Assembly (NCBI GenBank): GCA_964350265.1
Contig: CAYGJZ010000012.1
Coordinates: forward strand, 23,156-61,283
Source of the DNA: an uncultured Gammaproteobacteria bacterium
GTDB taxonomy: Bacteria; Pseudomonadota; Gammaproteobacteria; Arenicellales; CAJQKF01
DNA length: 38,128 nucleotides
Reading direction: 5' to 3'
Part shown: one piece after another, positions 20,935-30,161 of the stretch
How the letters are laid out: each line of letters opens with the position of its first letter
Position numbering within the stretch: the first letter of the stretch is position 1
Made by a program: the position numbers and the translations under genes
The notes under the pieces: generated by a model
The model's input: only the letters and a program-made list of their open reading frames with translations
Database searches by the model: none
Told to the model about the DNA's origin: nothing

Positions 20935-22234
20935 GGGATTGTTCCGTTGCGCCTGCCAGCCACCGCCGCAACAACGCCATGCGACGGGTATCGAGGGCCT
21001 GGTCCCAGTCGGTGGCCCAGTGCACCGCGGCGCCCCGGCCGCGGGCCTCGACGTCCTCGACCCGGTCGCGTGCCTCGGCCAGGGTGGCGGCCACGCCCGC
21101 GATGGTGGGCTCTGCGGCAAGCAGGTTCGGCGAGATCGCGCTCATCGCCGCGGCGGTCTTGTTCTGGCAGCTGTTGGTGACCACCGCCATGCCCGCGCTG
21201 GCCATCTCCAGGGGCAGCAGGCTGGGGTGCGGAGTGTACATCAGGGCCAGCCCGAGGTCATATTCCTCAAGGCGCGACTTGTACTCGCGCAGCCCGAACT
21301 TGCCCAGCATCTTCAGCGTGTGACCACCGGGCAGCTCGATGTCGCCGTGGCTGGAACCGATGCCGTGGAACGCCCACTGCCCGTCGTCGAAGACACCCTC
21401 CTCGATGGCCCGGGACAGCGCCAGGTAGCCGATCTCGAACATGTTGCGCGCGGCGTGCGCCTCCGGGCGGGCATAGAACAGCAGCCGCCGCTGCCGCCCG
21501 GAGCGCGGCCTGGGCACGCTGCCCGGCGGATAGCTGATGATCGCGTTCTCGAAGTAGTCGTGCTCGCCCTCGGTCTCGCCGCCGTGCAGGTAGCCGATGC
21601 GGGCCTGGCGGAAGAAGTCGCGCAGCAACGCGGTGGAATACAGGGCAACGTGGGGAAAGTCGTAGCTGGCGCGGGCCAGTGCGTGGTACGACCCCATCGG
21701 AAAGGTATACGGCTCGTATTCCTGCACCAGGTAGACGAAGCGTTCCGCGCGCAGCGAGCGCAGCAGGTCGTGGGCGATGTAGGCCGTCCACCAGGTGGTG
21801 GCAATGACGGCGTCGTCGACGTTGACCTCGATCGGCGCACGGTCGAAGCAGCAGGCCACCTCGATGCGGTCGAAGATGTCTTCCAGGCCGTCGTAGGCGG
21901 CAATCTCGCGACGCCAGCCGGGCAGGTCCTCCAGGCACTGGTCAACGGTGACCACGCGGACCCGGAAGCCCTGCTCCACCAGCTTGCGGGCAAGGTGGAA
22001 CTTGGCGATGTAGCCACCGTAGAAGCGGGCGAAATGGATTTCCGGGATCAGCAGGTTGACCCGGACCGGCGCCGTCGGCGAGACGTTGACGGCCAGCGGA
22101 GCGGTCTTGTGGACCGGACGGCGCAGCACCTCGGCGTTGTAGTAGGTCTCGCGCAGCCGGCGCACCACGCCCTTGACCGGCACACCGAGCCGGGAGTTGG
22201 CGAGACGGACGACGAGCTTGCTCAGTGCGGACAT
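20924..22234 (-). CDS. WsaF-like GT-B (GT4) rhamnosyltransferase
   Basis: RVNLLIP...FYGG, IATTWWTAY, YLVQEYEP, FYARP...RN.F, GLALMYTPHPSLLPLEMA.AG..VVTN match motifs I recall for the Geobacillus S-layer glycan enzyme WsaF. Confidence 0.8.
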   Translation of the reverse strand: MSALSKLVVRLANSRLGVPVKGVVRRLRETYYNAEVLRRPVHKTAPLAVNVSPTAPVRVNLLIPEIHFARFYGGYIAKFHLARKLVEQGFRVRVVTVDQCLEDLPGWRREIAAYDGLEDIFDRIEVACCFDRAPIEVNVDDAVIATTWWTAYIAHDLLRSLRAERFVYLVQEYEPYTFPMGSYHALARASYDFPHVALYSTALLRDFFRQARIGYLHGGETEGEHDYFENAIISYPPGSVPRPRSGRQRRLLFYARPEAHAARNMFEIGYLALSRAIEEGVFDDGQWAFHGIGSSHGDIELPGGHTLKMLGKFGLREYKSRLEEYDLGLALMYTPHPSLLPLEMASAGMAVVTNSCQNKTAAAMSAISPNLLAAEPTIAGVAATLAEARDRVEDVEARGRGAAVHWATDWDQALDTRRMALLRRWLAGATEQSHEQ

Positions 22235-22245
22235 GGCGATATCGG

Positions 22246-23634
22246 TCAGCGGGAAGGAATCGGGGCACGGCGGAAGCGGCGCAGCATGGCGTGCACCAGG
22301 TAGCCGTGGGCGAGCCGGCGCTCGGCGTTGTTGGTGTAGCGGGCGCTGCGGCGCGTGCGCAGGTTCAGCCACAGCAGCGACCAGGCCGAGCCGAGCCCGC
22401 GACCGTAGCGTGCCAGCGCGGCGCGCCGCGACGGCAGCACCGCATCGCGGGCCAGCAGGTTGCGGCACAGGGTCTCGATGCGGCGGCACTCGTGCCAGTA
22501 CACCGCCTGCCCGGCGCCGACGAAGCGCGCCGCCAGCGAACGCAGCCGACGCGGGTCCAGCCGGCGCAGCCCGCGCGCTGATGACGACGGCGCACGGGCT
22601 GCGCCGGTGAAGCCGCAGTGGCCAATGATGCTGGCGCCGTGCTGGACATAGTCGTACAGCGGCCGGTCGACGTAGGCAATGCTGCCGCCGGCCAGCGCCG
22701 CGCAGGCAATCCAGTGATCATGGAAGGCCTCGCCGACCCGTGGCGGGAACGGCAGCAGCACGTCGAACAGCGACCTGCGCATCATGCAGGCGGCACCGGT
22801 GACCGTGTTCGCCACCAGCATCAGGTCGAGGTCGTCGAAGCGGTTGAGCCGGTAGCCCCAGTACGAGGGCGAGACTTCGCCGCCGTCGGCATCGACGATG
22901 CGCATGTCCGAGTAGGCCAGCCAGGCTTCGCCGGAAAGCGCGTCCACCAGGGCGTCGAGCTTGTCGGCGTACCACAGGTCGTCCTGGTCGGCGAGGGCGA
23001 TGAACTCGATGCCGTCGGGCACCCGTGCCAGGGTGGTCTCGAAGTTGCGGTAGAAACCCTGGTTGGCCGGGTTGCGAAAGACCTGGAAGCGGGGATCGTC
23101 GCCGACCACCCGGGCAATGGTCTGGCGACCGGCCTCGCTGGAGCCGTCGTCGTTGACGATGCAGATCCAGTCGCCGCGCCGCTGTGCGCGGATCGACGCC
23201 ACCTGCCGTTCGAAGGCGACCGGCTCGGGATCGTAGACCGCCATGCAGATGGCGATGGTCGGCCTCGTCGCCGAGGTCGCGGTGGCCGGGGCCACCCGTG
23301 GCACGGTGCGTTCGAACACGGCGACCGTTCCGCCGCCGGACGCCAGCCAGCGGGCACACACTTGGTGGGCATGGCCGGGCCCGGCAGCCGGCAGCAGCAC
23401 CTCCGCGGCGACACCGCGGCACGGCCGGTCCGGTGCATGCCCGGGCCACAGGCGTTCGGGCACCGGCTCGTCCAGGCGAGCCACCACCGCCGGACCACCG
23501 TCCACGGTCAGTTCCAGTCGACCCTGGTCGACGCCTTCCAGCCAGCCGCACAGCGGCGCCACCAGCGCGGCACCGCCGACAATCTCCGCGGGCAGGTCCT
23601 GGGCCAGCACGAGGGATGGCGCCGAACGGCTCAT
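22246..23634 (-). CDS. GT2 glycosyltransferase with ~120 aa N-terminal extra domain
   Basis: IAICMAVY, NDDGS, NQGFYRNFE, ALADQDDLW..DKL, NTVTGAA, HDHW, YVQH. Confidence 0.88.
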   Translation of the reverse strand: MSRSAPSLVLAQDLPAEIVGGAALVAPLCGWLEGVDQGRLELTVDGGPAVVARLDEPVPERLWPGHAPDRPCRGVAAEVLLPAAGPGHAHQVCARWLASGGGTVAVFERTVPRVAPATATSATRPTIAICMAVYDPEPVAFERQVASIRAQRRGDWICIVNDDGSSEAGRQTIARVVGDDPRFQVFRNPANQGFYRNFETTLARVPDGIEFIALADQDDLWYADKLDALVDALSGEAWLAYSDMRIVDADGGEVSPSYWGYRLNRFDDLDLMLVANTVTGAACMMRRSLFDVLLPFPPRVGEAFHDHWIACAALAGGSIAYVDRPLYDYVQHGASIIGHCGFTGAARAPSSSARGLRRLDPRRLRSLAARFVGAGQAVYWHECRRIETLCRNLLARDAVLPSRRAALARYGRGLGSAWSLLWLNLRTRRSARYTNNAERRLAHGYLVHAMLRRFRRAPIPSR

Positions 23635-26087
23635 GCCTCGCTCCCCTGCCCCCTGGGCAGGCGGATGCCGAAGGGTTCGCCGGCCAGCGACAGGTTCGGG
23701 TTGTAGAACGGGTCGCCCAGGTCGATCATGTCCGCGTGGCGTTCGCGGAACAGCGCCTTCTCGCGTTCGAAGCGCTTGCGCTTCTCCTCGGTGAGTTCGT
23801 AGCCGCGACTGGCGGACTCCAGGTGGTAGGCCTGGGCATAGGGCGTGAACACGTTCCAGTACCCTGCCTCGATCACCCGCAGGCAGAAGTCGACGTCGTT
23901 GCAGGCCACGGCGAAATCGCGCTCGTTGAAACCGCCAACCGATTCGTACAGCGCCTTGCGCACCATCAGGAACGCGCCGGTTACCGCGCTGACGTTCTGC
24001 ACCAGCTGGGCACGGTTGGCATAGCCCTGGTCATGGCAATGGAGATGCTTGTGGGCATGCCCGGCATAGCCGTCCATGCCAACCACGATGCCGGCGTGCT
24101 GCACCGTGTTGTCCGGGTAGAACAGCTTGCCGCCGACCACTCCGGTGGACTCGTTGACCGCCTGGCACAGCAGTTCCTCGATCCACTGCCAGGTGATGAT
24201 CTCGATGTCGTTGTTGAGCAGCACCACGTACTCGCCGCGCGCCTCGGCAACGCCGTGATTGACGATGGCCGAGAAGTTGAACGGCTGGTCATGCTCGACG
24301 AAACGCACCCGGGGATTGGCGCGGTAGGCCTCCATCAGCTCGTAGGTGATCGGCGAGGCGCTCTGGTTGTTGACACCGACGATCTCGTACTCCGACCAGG
24401 TGGACTTGCGCAGCACGCTGTTCAGGCAGCCTTCCAGCAGTGCCGGCTGGTCGCGGAAGGGGATCACGATGCTTACCGAGGGACTGTCGGGCAGACGTCG
24501 GCGGGTGTAGAAGAAATGCGGCTGGTTGGCGTCGAGAATCTCGGCGGCGATGCCGCGTCGCTGCATGGTCGCCGCCAACGCGCCGCGGGCCCGTTCCTGC
24601 ACGTAGGGCTTGGCCTGGGTGTCGAGGCTGCTCGATCCGCTGGACTGCCGCCAGTGGTACAGCACCCTGGGCACGTGGACGATGCTGGCCGCCCGTTCCG
24701 ACAGGCGCAGCACCAGGTCATGGTCCTGGGCGCCGTCGAAGGCGCTGTCCAGCGGTCCGGTCTCTTCGAGCAGGGCGCGGCGCACCACCAGCAGGTGGGT
24801 GATGTAGTTGTGCGACAGCAGCAGGTCGGGGGAGAAGTCCGGCTTGAAGTTGGGCCGAAACCGCCTGCCCTCGCCGTCGAGGTAGTCCTCGTCGGTATAC
24901 ACCAGGTCCGGCGCCGACTCGTTGATGGCAAGGACGACGTGGTACAGGGCGTCGATGTCGAGGCGATCGTCGTGGTCGACGAAGGCGACGTAGTCGCCGC
25001 GCGCCATGGCCAGTGCCTTGTTGGTGGCGCCGGCGATGTGCAGGCCGCTTTCCGAGCGCACCCGGCGCACCCTTGGATGGTCGATGGCGGCCAGGCAGGC
25101 CAGCGTCTCCGGCTGGCTGGAGGCGTCGTCGCACAGGCACAGCTCGAAGTTGTCGTAGCGTTGCCCGAGTACCGAGGCGATGGCTTCCTGCAGCCACTGC
25201 GCCGGCGTATCGTGCACCGGCATGATGACGGAGATGAGCGGCTTGACCGCCAGTGCCGCGATGCGTTCGCCCAGCACGTCGTCGGCCGGGCGCGCCGCCT
25301 CCCAGTCGTCGATCAATGCCTGGTAGGCATCGTCGCGGGAGGTGTCGCGCAGCTTGCCGGTGGCGAGCACGCCGAGCTTGTCCCGTTCCTCGTCGCTGAA
25401 GGATCGCTGCACGTTGCGACGGGACAGCCCCAGCAGACGCTCGCGCACCGCCGGCAAGCGTGCCAGGGCGCGGTGATAGACCAGGTGGCGGAAGCCCTCG
25501 GCCAGGCGCCAGGCCCGGGAGGTGCGGATGACCTTGAGTTCACGCTCCAGCCGCTCGGCGCGGTCGCTGTCCGCGCGGGCGGCTTCCAGCGCAGCGGCCA
25601 GCGCCTGGTTGCGGTTTTCCGCGTCCTTCAAGGCGCCGAGGAAGTGCTGGCGGAAACTCGCCACGTAGGTGGCGTCCAGGCGCAGCAGGCGAAGACGCAG
25701 GCGGAAGAACTCGTCCTCGCCGGCAGACCGGGGGTCCAGCCGCAGCAACAGGCGCGGGCGGCGGCCGTCGGCGACGAAGTAGGTGAACCCGTGCACCGGG
25801 AAGACCCGCATGTGCTCGGTGGCGAGCACGCCGAGGTCCTCGGCGCCGCCGGCCAGTCGCCGCAGGCTGACCAGCCCCGACGGCGTATCGAGGTCGACCT
25901 GGACGGACAGGAGCTGGAAGACCGGCTCCTCGTCGTCGGGCACCACCGCGACGCCGTGCAAGGGCTCGTCGCCCGTGTCGAACACCGCCTCGTAGCGATG
26001 CTCGTCGAGGTCGCGATGCACGCTGACGTCGTCTCCGGGCACCTCGTGCAGGTTGCCGCCGCGATCGATCCAGTGCAGCGCCATCAT
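23631..26087 (-). CDS. Multidomain tandem GT2-GT2 glycosyltransferase (RfbC/WsaE-like) with N-terminal unknown domain and coiled coil
   Basis: GT2-1: ISVIMPV, DDAS, FVDHDD, YTDED, FKPDFSP, GAQDHDL, VLYHWR. GT2-2: VSIVIP.RD, FNFSA..N, LLNNDIE, QHAG, SAVTGA, NDVDFCL, HLES.SRG. ATGA overlap with the wzt stop. Confidence 0.92.
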   Translation of the reverse strand: MMALHWIDRGGNLHEVPGDDVSVHRDLDEHRYEAVFDTGDEPLHGVAVVPDDEEPVFQLLSVQVDLDTPSGLVSLRRLAGGAEDLGVLATEHMRVFPVHGFTYFVADGRRPRLLLRLDPRSAGEDEFFRLRLRLLRLDATYVASFRQHFLGALKDAENRNQALAAALEAARADSDRAERLERELKVIRTSRAWRLAEGFRHLVYHRALARLPAVRERLLGLSRRNVQRSFSDEERDKLGVLATGKLRDTSRDDAYQALIDDWEAARPADDVLGERIAALAVKPLISVIMPVHDTPAQWLQEAIASVLGQRYDNFELCLCDDASSQPETLACLAAIDHPRVRRVRSESGLHIAGATNKALAMARGDYVAFVDHDDRLDIDALYHVVLAINESAPDLVYTDEDYLDGEGRRFRPNFKPDFSPDLLLSHNYITHLLVVRRALLEETGPLDSAFDGAQDHDLVLRLSERAASIVHVPRVLYHWRQSSGSSSLDTQAKPYVQERARGALAATMQRRGIAAEILDANQPHFFYTRRRLPDSPSVSIVIPFRDQPALLEGCLNSVLRKSTWSEYEIVGVNNQSASPITYELMEAYRANPRVRFVEHDQPFNFSAIVNHGVAEARGEYVVLLNNDIEIITWQWIEELLCQAVNESTGVVGGKLFYPDNTVQHAGIVVGMDGYAGHAHKHLHCHDQGYANRAQLVQNVSAVTGAFLMVRKALYESVGGFNERDFAVACNDVDFCLRVIEAGYWNVFTPYAQAYHLESASRGYELTEEKRKRFEREKALFRERHADMIDLGDPFYNPNLSLAGEPFGIRLPRGQGSEA

Positions 26088-27385
26088 CGGCCGTCGTCTC
26101 CGCCACACAGGATCTCGACCCCGAGATCGGCAATGCCGAAGTCCGACGGACCACCCTCCACCGTCAGGTGCACCATGTCGTAGCGACGGTCGATGGCCAG
26201 GTTGTCCACGGTGTCGTCATCCACCGCCACGCCGAGGGACAGGAAGTATTCCCCCGGCAACAGGTTGGCGGAAAAGGTGAAGGAAACCACCTCCACCTGC
26301 CCCGCGCGACGGCAGATGTCCGGCATGTTGCGGGCACGGGTGTTGGCACCGAACACGGTGATGCCGTCCACGGTCTTCACGGTCAGCCCGTAGATCACCT
26401 GGGACAGGTCGCGGTGATAGTGCACCGTCATGTCCAGGCGCAGCTGGCTGCCGCGATGCACCGAGCGCGGGTCCACCGCCTCGCCGTCGGTGAGCAGGTA
26501 GTCGACGATCTCGGCGTCGCGGTTGCCCCAGCGGTACTCGGCGGCATTGTAGCTGGCACGCCCGGCGCAGCGATCCTCGCCGGCGCCCGCCCGTCGGTTC
26601 TCCACTTCGGCACCCGCCTCCTCCGCCTGGCCACCGGGCAGGGTGAAGGTGTCGTGCAGGTAGCGGTGCACCACGTCGCGGGGATCGCCCTCCGCCTGCA
26701 CGGTGCCGCGGGCGATGTAGACGGCGCGGTGACAGTGTGCCCGGATCAGCTCCATGGCGTGGGTGACGAAGATGATGGTGACGCCGCGGCGCTGCATCTC
26801 CTGGAAGTGTCGGTAGCACTTGCGCTGGAAGCTGATGTCGCCTACCGACAGCGCCTCGTCCACCACCAGGATGTCCGGGTCCATGTTGATGGCGGCGGCG
26901 AAGGCCAGGCGCACGTACATGCCGCTGGAATAGGTGCGCACCGGCCGGTCGATGTATTCGCCGATGGCGGCGAAAGCTTCCACCTCGGCGAATTTCTGCT
27001 CCACCCGTTCGCGTTCCACCCCCATGATGGAGGCATTCAGGTAGACGTTCTCGCGCCCGGTGAAGTCCGGGTTGAAGCCGGCGCCGAGTTCCAGCAATGC
27101 CGCGATGCGGCCGTCGCAGGTGACGCTGCCGGCGGTGGGCGCCAGCGTGCCGCAGAGGATCTCCAGCAGGGTCGACTTGCCAGACCCGTTGGGGCCGATC
27201 AGGCCAATGGTTTCGCCGCGGCGGATGTCGAAACTGACATCGTTCAATGCCGGGAAACTCTGGTGCCGTTGCCGACGCCCGCTGCTCAGGATCTCCACCA
27301 TGCGGTCGAGGGGACGACGGTAGATGCGGTAGCTCTTGCTGACGTGCTCCACCCGCACCGCGATGGCCTGGGGATCAGAGGACAT
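26084..27385 (-). CDS. wzt: Polysaccharide ABC transporter ATPase with C-terminal carbohydrate-binding domain
   Basis: GPNGSGKSTLL, LLELGAGF, YSSGMYVRLAFA, VDEALSVGD, FVTH, plus ~180 aa beta-rich Wzt_C extension (LLPGEYFLSLGV). Confidence 0.96.
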   Translation of the reverse strand: MSSDPQAIAVRVEHVSKSYRIYRRPLDRMVEILSSGRRQRHQSFPALNDVSFDIRRGETIGLIGPNGSGKSTLLEILCGTLAPTAGSVTCDGRIAALLELGAGFNPDFTGRENVYLNASIMGVERERVEQKFAEVEAFAAIGEYIDRPVRTYSSGMYVRLAFAAAINMDPDILVVDEALSVGDISFQRKCYRHFQEMQRRGVTIIFVTHAMELIRAHCHRAVYIARGTVQAEGDPRDVVHRYLHDTFTLPGGQAEEAGAEVENRRAGAGEDRCAGRASYNAAEYRWGNRDAEIVDYLLTDGEAVDPRSVHRGSQLRLDMTVHYHRDLSQVIYGLTVKTVDGITVFGANTRARNMPDICRRAGQVEVVSFTFSANLLPGEYFLSLGVAVDDDTVDNLAIDRRYDMVHLTVEGGPSDFGIADLGVEILCGGDDGR

Positions 27386-28190
27386 CGGCGAACCCGCTGC
27401 GCATGCGGTTGAACAGGCGCAGTCCCAGGCGGGCGACGAGAATGGCGACCAGCGTGTACAGCGCGAGGATGGTCCAGTCGGGCATGGTCCCCTCGAGCAT
27501 GATGCGGCGCATCTGCTCGATGATGACGGCGATGGGATTCAGGTAGAAGACGAAGCGCACCGGCACGGGAATCGCGCTCAGGGGATAGAACACCGGCCCG
27601 AGAAACAGCATCAGCGTAGTCAGCACGCCCATCAACTGGGCGAAGTCACGCATGTAGACCGACAAGCCGCCGATGATCCAGATGATGCCCGCGGCCATGA
27701 TCATCAGCGGCGCGATGACCAGCGGCGCCAGCAGCGCGGTCCAGTACAGCGTGCCCTGCACCAGCAGCAGGAACAGGGAAAGGATGGCGATGCTGATGGC
27801 GGTCTGGAACAGCGCGGTCAGGATCACCACCCAGGCCAGGCATTCCAGCGGGAAGACGATCTTCTTCACGTACTGCGCATTGGCGGTGACCAGCGTCGGT
27901 GAGCGGTTCAGGCACTCGGCGAGGAAGCCGTGCACGACGATGCCGCTGAACAGGAAGGCCGCGAACCCCAGGTTGCTGCCGCCGGTGGCCTCGTTGAAGC
28001 GCATGTTGAAGACGAAGCCGAAGACGAAGGTATACACGGTCAGCATCAGGATCGGGATCACCAGCGACCACGCCACGCCGGCCACCGAGCCCCGGTAGCG
28101 GCCGACGATGGCCCGCCGCGCCAGTTGCAGAACCAGGGTGCGGTGCCCGACGAGGCTGGCAACGAGGCTGTTGTCGTCTTTCCTGGTCAC
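27375..28190 (-). CDS. wzm: Polysaccharide ABC transporter permease
   Basis: RYRGS..G..W....P, YVKKIVFP, RD..Q, P.FYP, LNP, FADVL C-terminus. Confidence 0.96.
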   Translation of the reverse strand: MTRKDDNSLVASLVGHRTLVLQLARRAIVGRYRGSVAGVAWSLVIPILMLTVYTFVFGFVFNMRFNEATGGSNLGFAAFLFSGIVVHGFLAECLNRSPTLVTANAQYVKKIVFPLECLAWVVILTALFQTAISIAILSLFLLLVQGTLYWTALLAPLVIAPLMIMAAGIIWIIGGLSVYMRDFAQLMGVLTTLMLFLGPVFYPLSAIPVPVRFVFYLNPIAVIIEQMRRIMLEGTMPDWTILALYTLVAILVARLGLRLFNRMRSGFADVL

Positions 28191-28213
28191 GTTCGTGCCG
28201 GCCGTGGAAGCAT
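28187..28213 (-). other. Spacer mini-ORF (MLPRPART*) bridging rmlA and wzm
   Basis: TGA-C-ATG start 1 nt after the rmlA stop; its stop overlaps the wzm start (GTGA). Confidence 0.45.
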
Positions 28214-28214
28214 G

Positions 28215-29081
28215 TCAGTCCCGGACCAGGCCGCGCAGGAAGGCGGCATAGCTGCTCTTGCCGTAGGAATCGGCGATCCGCTCCACGTCCTCGGCACCGA
28301 TATAGCCGGCACGGTAGGCGATCTCTTCCGGGCAGCAGACCTTCTGTCCCTGCCGGGTCTCGATGGCCTCGATGAAGTTGGACGCCTGCAGCAGCGATTC
28401 GTGGGTACCGGTGTCCAGCCAGGCCATGCCCCGGCCCAGCACTTCCACGCCGAGCTGGCCGCGTTCGAGGTAGATGCGGTTGATGTCGGTGATCTCCAGT
28501 TCCCCGCGCGCCGAGGGCTTCAGTTCCCGGGCGAAGTCCACCACCTGGGCATCGTAGAAATACAGGCCGGTGACCGCATAGCGGGACTTCGGCTTGCTCG
28601 GCTTCTCCTCCAGGGAAACCGCCTGGCCCTGGTCATCGAACTCGACCACGCCGTAGCGTTCCGGGTCGTGCACGGAATAGGCGAAGACCCGGGCACCGCG
28701 CTTGAGTTCGGCGGCCGAGCGCAGTTTGGCCGACAGGCCATGGCCGTAGAACACGTTGTCGCCGAGGACCAGTGCGCTGGGCGAGTTGCCGACGAACTCG
28801 GCGCCGAGGATGTAGGCCTGGGCAAGACCGTCCGGGGACGGCTGCACGGCATAGGAGATCTCCATGCCCCACTGCGAGCCATCGCCGAGCAGCTGCTCGA
28901 AGCGCGGCGTGTCCTGCGGCGTGGAGATCACCAGCACCTGGCGAATGCCGGCCAGCATCAGCACCGACAACGGGTAGTACACCATCGGCTTGTCGTAGAT
29001 CGGCAGCAGTTGCTTGGAGACCACGTTGGTCACCGGCGACAGCCGGGTCCCCGAACCGCCGGCGAGGACAATACCCTTCAT
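28215..29081 (-). CDS. rmlA: Glucose-1-phosphate thymidylyltransferase
   Basis: [48 protein letters not shown]. Confidence 0.98.
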   Translation of the reverse strand: MKGIVLAGGSGTRLSPVTNVVSKQLLPIYDKPMVYYPLSVLMLAGIRQVLVISTPQDTPRFEQLLGDGSQWGMEISYAVQPSPDGLAQAYILGAEFVGNSPSALVLGDNVFYGHGLSAKLRSAAELKRGARVFAYSVHDPERYGVVEFDDQGQAVSLEEKPSKPKSRYAVTGLYFYDAQVVDFARELKPSARGELEITDINRIYLERGQLGVEVLGRGMAWLDTGTHESLLQASNFIEAIETRQGQKVCCPEEIAYRAGYIGAEDVERIADSYGKSSYAAFLRGLVRD

Positions 29082-30154
29082 GACTTGGCTCCCAGGCCGA
29101 GACGACGGCCGTCGTAGTGTTCTCCGCGCACTGCCGCCACCCAGTCCTGGTGCTCGAGGTACCAGCGAACGGTCTTCTCCATCCCCGACTCGAAACTCTC
29201 CGCCGGCTGCCAGCCCAGCTCGCGCTGGATCTTGCGGGCATCGATGGCATAGCGAAAGTCATGGCCTGGACGATCGGTGACGAAGGTGATGCGCTCGGCA
29301 TGGGGCTTGCCGTCGCCGCGCGGCGCCTGCTCGTCGAGGATGGCGCACAGGGTGTCGACCACTTCGAGATTGGTTCGCTCGGCATTGCCGCCGACGTTGT
29401 AGGTCTGCCCAGGCACGCCGCGGGTGGCGATGGCCACCAGGGCATTGGCGTGGTCGCCGACGAACAGCCAGTCACGGACGTTGTCGCCACGACCATAGAC
29501 CGGGATCGGCTCGCCTGCCATGGCCTTGCCGATGACCACCGGGATCAGCTTCTCCGGGTACTGGTAGGGGCCGTAGTTGTTGGAGCAGTTGGACACCACC
29601 ACCGGCAGCCGGTAGGTCTCGCCCCAGGCCCTCGCCAGGTGATCGGAAGCCGCCTTGCTGGCGGAGTACGGCGAGTTGGGCTGGTAGGCGGATTCCTCGG
29701 TGAACAGCCCCTCGGCGCCGAGACTGCCGAACACCTCGTCGGTGGAGACATGGTGAAAGCGCAGCTTGGCGGCCTCCGCCTGCGGCAACTGGTCGCGGAA
29801 GGCGCGGAAGGCTTCGAGCAGCGTGTAGGTGCCGACCACGTTGGTGGAGATGAAGTCCGCCGGCCCGTCGATGGAACGGTCGACGTGGGACTCGGCGGCC
29901 AGGTGCATGATGAAGCGCGGGCGGTGGCTGGCGATGACGCGGTCCACGGCCTCCCGGTCGCGGATGTCCACCTGCTCGAAGCGGTAGCGATCGTTGCCGG
30001 CCACGTCGGCCACGGTGTGCAGGTTGCCGGCATAGGTCAGGCTGTCGAGGTTGACGACGTGGTAGTCGGTGGTCGCGATCAGTTCACGGATCACCGCCGA
30101 GCCGATGAAGCCGGCGCCGCCGGTGACGATCACGGTGGGTTGGGTTGCTGCCAT
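29078..30154 (-). CDS. rmlB: dTDP-glucose 4,6-dehydratase
   Basis: [59 protein letters not shown]; start ATG 30154. Confidence 0.97.
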   Translation of the reverse strand: MAATQPTVIVTGGAGFIGSAVIRELIATTDYHVVNLDSLTYAGNLHTVADVAGNDRYRFEQVDIRDREAVDRVIASHRPRFIMHLAAESHVDRSIDGPADFISTNVVGTYTLLEAFRAFRDQLPQAEAAKLRFHHVSTDEVFGSLGAEGLFTEESAYQPNSPYSASKAASDHLARAWGETYRLPVVVSNCSNNYGPYQYPEKLIPVVIGKAMAGEPIPVYGRGDNVRDWLFVGDHANALVAIATRGVPGQTYNVGGNAERTNLEVVDTLCAILDEQAPRGDGKPHAERITFVTDRPGHDFRYAIDARKIQRELGWQPAESFESGMEKTVRWYLEHQDWVAAVRGEHYDGRRLGLGAKS

Positions 30155-30161
30155 GGTACGG

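Noticed and set aside
23184-26183. 999-aa plus-strand ORF
   Set aside because: Antisense to the tandem GT2 gene; no independent features.
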